Origin: Planctomycetota bacterium
GTDB taxonomy: Bacteria; Planctomycetota; SZUA-567; H5-PLA8
Reading direction: 5' to 3'
Assembly: GCA_050010835.1 (NCBI GenBank)
Contig: JBEKKG010000001.1
Span: 1 to 36,643, forward strand
Length of the DNA: 36,643 bases
Each line of letters opens with the position of its first letter. Position 1 is the stretch's first letter. The notes under the pieces are model-generated. The model saw nothing but the letters and a program-made list of their open reading frames with translations, made no database searches and was not told where the DNA came from. Shown piece by piece: positions 33,291 to 36,643 of the stretch. The position numbers were made by a program, and so were the translations under genes.

Positions 33291-35224
33291 CCAGCCGTGC
33301 TCAGCAAACAGATACCGAAGCAGACCGGGAACTATACCGTTGCCTGAACGCATCGCCGCCCCGAAGCTTCCTGATGGTCGCCGGAGCTGGATCAGGGAAG
33401 ACCACATCCTTGATCAAGGGGCTAACCGAGATTCTCAAAAAGCGCGGCGAGAAGTTGAAGCTGCGCCGACAGAAAGTCGCGTGCATCACTTACACGGAAA
33501 TAGCGGCTGGAGAGATTTGGGCGGATGTGGGGAACAATCCACTCGTCCATGTCGCGACCATTCACAGCTTCCTGTGGTCGCTAGTTCGGTCATTTCAGTC
33601 GGATATTAAAGCATGGGTGGGCACCCGAATTGATGAGAAGATCGTGGAGCTAAGGGAAACAGCGGCGAATTTCGGGCCTCGCGTGCAGCAGCGCACGCGC
33701 GACAAGAATCAGGCCGACATAGTTCGCTATGAACAGCAGCGAGCGCAAATTGGCCGGGGTCGTTCGTTCACCTATGGAACAGGAAGCGACTACGTGAACG
33801 GCATCCTCGGTCACGACGACATCATAAAGATGGTGCCGCAGTTTATCGGCGAGCGCGCATTGATGCGGAGCCTTCTCGTCCAGCAATACCCTTTTGTGTT
33901 TGTCGATGAGAGTCAAGACACGATGGAGAACGTGGTGTTGGCCCTTAAGTTGGTGGATGATGAGTTGGGAGACAAGTTCTGCCTCGGATTGTTCGGCGAC
34001 CCGATGCAGCGCATCTATATGACAGGGATCGGTACGATTCCGACTGGTCCCAATTGGGTGAATATCACGAAGCCAGAGAATTTTCGATGCCCTGTGTCCG
34101 TGCTGAACGTCGCTAATGCCATCCGGCGAGACGGAGATGGCCTTGTTCAGACGCGCGGCCGGATGATCGGACCGGAGGATGCTCAGGTGAGCGTACCGGG
34201 CAGCGCGCACATCTTTATCCTTCCAATCAGCGAGCGTCGAGATCACAGGATCGAACAGGTGCGGGAGTGGGCTTCAAGGACAAATGATGATCCTGCTTGG
34301 AGGACTGCTGAAGGCGTTAAGCTACTGGTGATCGTTCACCGAATGGCTGCCAAACGACTGGGCTTCGGCGATCTTTATGCGGCATTAAACGATAAGGCGC
34401 CTGAGAAGTTCAAAAACGGATTTCTCGACGGCACCGCGTGGCCGGTACGTCCCTTCAACAACTTTGTCCTGCCGTTTGCGAGCGCTAGCAAGAATGGCAA
34501 CAAGTTTGAGGCGATTCAGGTTCTACGGACCCAGTCGCCACTTCTGGCTCGCGAAAACCTGAAAGGGGTCAACGTAGCTGAACGGCTTGGCGAACTGCGC
34601 CGAATCACTGAAACCCTCCGACAGATGATGGAGCCGGGGTCAGTTGCAACGAATGCCGATGTTCTCCGTCATATTCATACGACGGGATTGATCGTCCTCG
34701 ACCCAAGGGTACTCTCGTATTTGAACCTGCCGGTCCCGAGTGAGGCGGAGGATGACGAAAATACTCAGGCGGATGAGGACGACGGCGCGGAGTTGGCCAA
34801 GGAAATGTCGGCCATGAGTGCGTTCCTCGCGTGTCCGGCATCGCAGTTCTGGGGTTACTACAAATATGTGAACGATGACTCCCCGTTTTCGACCCAGCAA
34901 GGCATCAAGGGAGCGGAATTTGATCGCGTGCTTGTTGTCCTTGATGACGACGAAGGGACCCACGTTCAATTCTCCTACGACAAGTATCTAGGCATCAAGC
35001 CGCTGTCAGCCAAGGAGGAGGCAAACAGACGCGAAGGCAATGAAACGACTGTCGAACGGACAAGGCGTCTCTTTTACGTGTGTTGTACACGGGCTATGAA
35101 GGATCTGATCGTTGTTCTCTTCACCGCAGATGTCGTAGCGGCTCTAAGGCAGATCACTGTACTCGGACTATTTTCGGAAGAAGCGATCCACTTGGAAGGC
35201 GAGATTGCACCTACACCGCCGTAG
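33287..35224 (+). CDS. gajB: UvrD/PcrA-like SF1 helicase, GajB-like
   Basis: VAGAGSGKTT (motif I), FVFVDESQDT (motif II), ENFRCP (motif IV-like), GIKGAEFDRVLVVL (motif V), RRLFYVCCTRAMKDLIVV (motif VI). Confidence 0.75.
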   Translation: MTSRAQQTDTEADRELYRCLNASPPRSFLMVAGAGSGKTTSLIKGLTEILKKRGEKLKLRRQKVACITYTEIAAGEIWADVGNNPLVHVATIHSFLWSLVRSFQSDIKAWVGTRIDEKIVELRETAANFGPRVQQRTRDKNQADIVRYEQQRAQIGRGRSFTYGTGSDYVNGILGHDDIIKMVPQFIGERALMRSLLVQQYPFVFVDESQDTMENVVLALKLVDDELGDKFCLGLFGDPMQRIYMTGIGTIPTGPNWVNITKPENFRCPVSVLNVANAIRRDGDGLVQTRGRMIGPEDAQVSVPGSAHIFILPISERRDHRIEQVREWASRTNDDPAWRTAEGVKLLVIVHRMAAKRLGFGDLYAALNDKAPEKFKNGFLDGTAWPVRPFNNFVLPFASASKNGNKFEAIQVLRTQSPLLARENLKGVNVAERLGELRRITETLRQMMEPGSVATNADVLRHIHTTGLIVLDPRVLSYLNLPVPSEAEDDENTQADEDDGAELAKEMSAMSAFLACPASQFWGYYKYVNDDSPFSTQQGIKGAEFDRVLVVLDDDEGTHVQFSYDKYLGIKPLSAKEEANRREGNETTVERTRRLFYVCCTRAMKDLIVVLFTADVVAALRQITVLGLFSEEAIHLEGEIAPTPP

Positions 35225-35225
35225 G

Positions 35226-35610
35226 TCAGGCAAATGTCAGAAGATTCATCACTTCCAAGCCAACACCCTTGATTCCGGCGCAAAAACGCCGCAAAAGTTC
35301 AATAGCCGTCTTGTTGTCCCGACCATTCTTCAAATAGGGCCGTTCGGCGAGAAAGTCGAACGGCTTTCTCTTTTCCAGGACTAGACTTACGTCCGATACA
35401 CGACGGTTCAAACTCACGCAATCCAGAATCTCGCGCCGCACAGCCGAGTTTGAACCGCGCCAGATATCCACGAGGTTCTGACGGAAGTCCAGCAGGGCCA
35501 ATGCGCGCAGGCGCCGCGGGGTCATAGGCGTTGGCTTCCGCGAGGGCGTCCACCACCTCGGCCGATTGGCGTGTCAGGTTGGCGCTCTTGGGCCTGGAAT
35601 ACCGTTTCAT
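35226..35610 (-). pseudogene. Frameshifted C-terminal remnant, tentatively of a site-specific (serine) recombinase
   Basis: Two overlapping minus-strand frames (35299-35610 and 35226-35525). The string RREILDCVSLNRRVSDVSLVLEKRKPFDFLAERPYLKNGRD recalls C-terminal tails of recombinase-family proteins. No catalytic domain is present. Confidence 0.3.
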
Positions 35611-35821
35611 CTATTGCCCCGGCGAGGTAGCTCTCAGCGCCGTTCTGGAAGTATATGAATCAGCCGGTGTGAAAGTGTAATCTTCTTCGGCTCCGTTTTC
35701 TTCAACGAGTTCAATTTAAGAAGTGTTCTTTTGCCGTTTTTCGGTTTTCTTCAGGCTGGGTTGTCTTCGGGCGCGCCGCGCAGGGAGGAGCAACGTGGGC
35801 GCTTCTGTTTTGGAGTGACCC

Positions 35822-36472
35822 ATGCCGCGAGGAAGAAGACGCAAATGCCACCATTGCGGGCAGTTGTATGAACCCGACCCGCGCAACGCTTACCACCAAG
35901 AGTACTGCACGAGAGCTGAATGCAGAGCGGCCAGCAAGAGGGCCAGTCACCGCCGCTGGCTGCGCACGACGGACGGTCGGGCCTACTTCAGAGGCCCGGC
36001 GAACGTGAGGCGCGTTAAGGATTGGCGTATGGATAATCCGGGCTATTGGCGCAGGCGGCGCAGGAGGTCTGTTGCGTTACAAGATCACTTGATTTTACAA
36101 CCACTGTTGCCTCAAGGAGATACGCCGGGATTGAATTGCGCTCAATTGTCCACCCAGCCGCCTCTGCCAAGTATACTCTCCTCGACAGGGCAGGATTTTG
36201 GTCGTGGGAAGGCCCTGGCGTTGCAAGATTTCTTGTCCCTGGAAAACCCAGCGTGGCTAGGACTTATCGCCCAGTTAACCGGGGTGCCGTTACAAGAGAA
36301 CATTGAGGCCTTCACGCGCCGCCTGATACTTCTGGGGCGGCAGATTCAAGGGCAAGCCGCAGGCGCGAGGAGACCAGCCAATGGGAGTAATCAAACGAGT
36401 GTTGTGCCGGGAGCGGCTGCGCCGCATTCCGCCCCACTTCAACTGGGTGGATCATCGCCTGGTGCGGGATAG
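35822..36472 (+). CDS. Hypothetical Arg-rich protein with an N-terminal CxxC...C...C zinc-ribbon-like motif
   Basis: MPRGRRRKCHHCGQLYEPDPRNAYHQEYCTRAECRAASKRASHRRW, with GGAG upstream of ATG 35822. The C-terminal half is low complexity and overlaps the next ORF. Confidence 0.4.
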   Translation: MPRGRRRKCHHCGQLYEPDPRNAYHQEYCTRAECRAASKRASHRRWLRTTDGRAYFRGPANVRRVKDWRMDNPGYWRRRRRRSVALQDHLILQPLLPQGDTPGLNCAQLSTQPPLPSILSSTGQDFGRGKALALQDFLSLENPAWLGLIAQLTGVPLQENIEAFTRRLILLGRQIQGQAAGARRPANGSNQTSVVPGAAAPHSAPLQLGGSSPGAG

Positions 36473-36643
36473 CCGGCAACGGCGACTCCCCGCGTGGATA
36501 CCACCGCGCCAGATCTCGACCCTACCGCCGGTGCGGGTGCAGCAACCCGGCAGCGGCAAGACGCAGACGGCAAGGTTCTGGATTTACACCGGCGACGACA
36601 CTCATCCGCATGTGGTGTTTGATTACACAGTCAGCCGCAGCCG
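36381..36643 (+). mobile_element. Partial ORF running off the right edge; its distal part is an internal fragment of an IS66-family transposase
   Basis: TLPPVRVQQPGSGKTQTARFWIYTGDDTHPHVVFDYTVSRS matches the remembered IS66 Tnp segment DETxxxVLxxGxGKTxxGxLWvY. The preceding MGVIKRVLCRERLRRIPPHFNWVDHRLVRD looks unrelated. GAGGAGA RBS is present. Confidence 0.45.

Noticed and set aside
1-36643. A scan for CRISPR arrays, tandem repeats and rRNA genes.
   Set aside because: I saw no regularly spaced 25-40-bp direct repeats and no rRNA-like segments. The only repeats found are R1 and R2 and the intragenic duplication in the AT-hook gene.

Overview
This is a densely coding, GC-rich bacterial accessory region with a mosaic, mobile-element-like layout. 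Family names come from motif recognition by eye, since no searches could be run. 1-6.6 kb (+ strand) holds plasmid/ICE-style establishment genes: a 5'-truncated ATP-dependent DNA ligase, a beta-clamp-like protein, DUF2958, and a complete ubiquitin-like conjugation cassette (Ubl, E2-like, JAB/MPN peptidase, ThiF/E1-like) laid out like the PRTRC cassette. A very acidic Cys-rich protein follows. 6.4-7.5 kb carries a diverged ~285-bp direct repeat with a conserved hairpin, flanking a small HTH gene. That gene's 5' end and leader are repeated again at 21.6 kb. 7.7-17.5 kb encodes a HEPN-SNF2 helicase, translationally coupled to a GHKL-ATPase stub and a 1972-aa sacsin-like GHKL protein with a degenerate HNH tail. 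This is an uncharacterised, defence-like module. 17.7-21.7 kb (- strand) is an orphan operon of a 131-aa, a 500-aa and a 205-aa protein plus a polytopic membrane protein with a long coiled-coil tail. I recognise no family in it. 22-26.6 kb contains an orphan ORF, an AT-hook protein, about 1.4 kb without convincing genes, a helicase pseudogene fragment and a transposase-core (rve) fragment. 26.8-35.2 kb looks lower in G+C by eye and holds a Ppl-like PHP-ABC ATPase coupled to an AlbA_2/HATPase_c_4 protein, then a Gabija-like OLD nuclease plus UvrD helicase pair. The right edge is recombinase and IS66 debris. I found no rRNA, tRNA or CRISPR array. The best novelty candidates are the HEPN-SNF2/sacsin module and the central orphan membrane operon. 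The Ubl-E2-JAB-E1 cassette ranks next.
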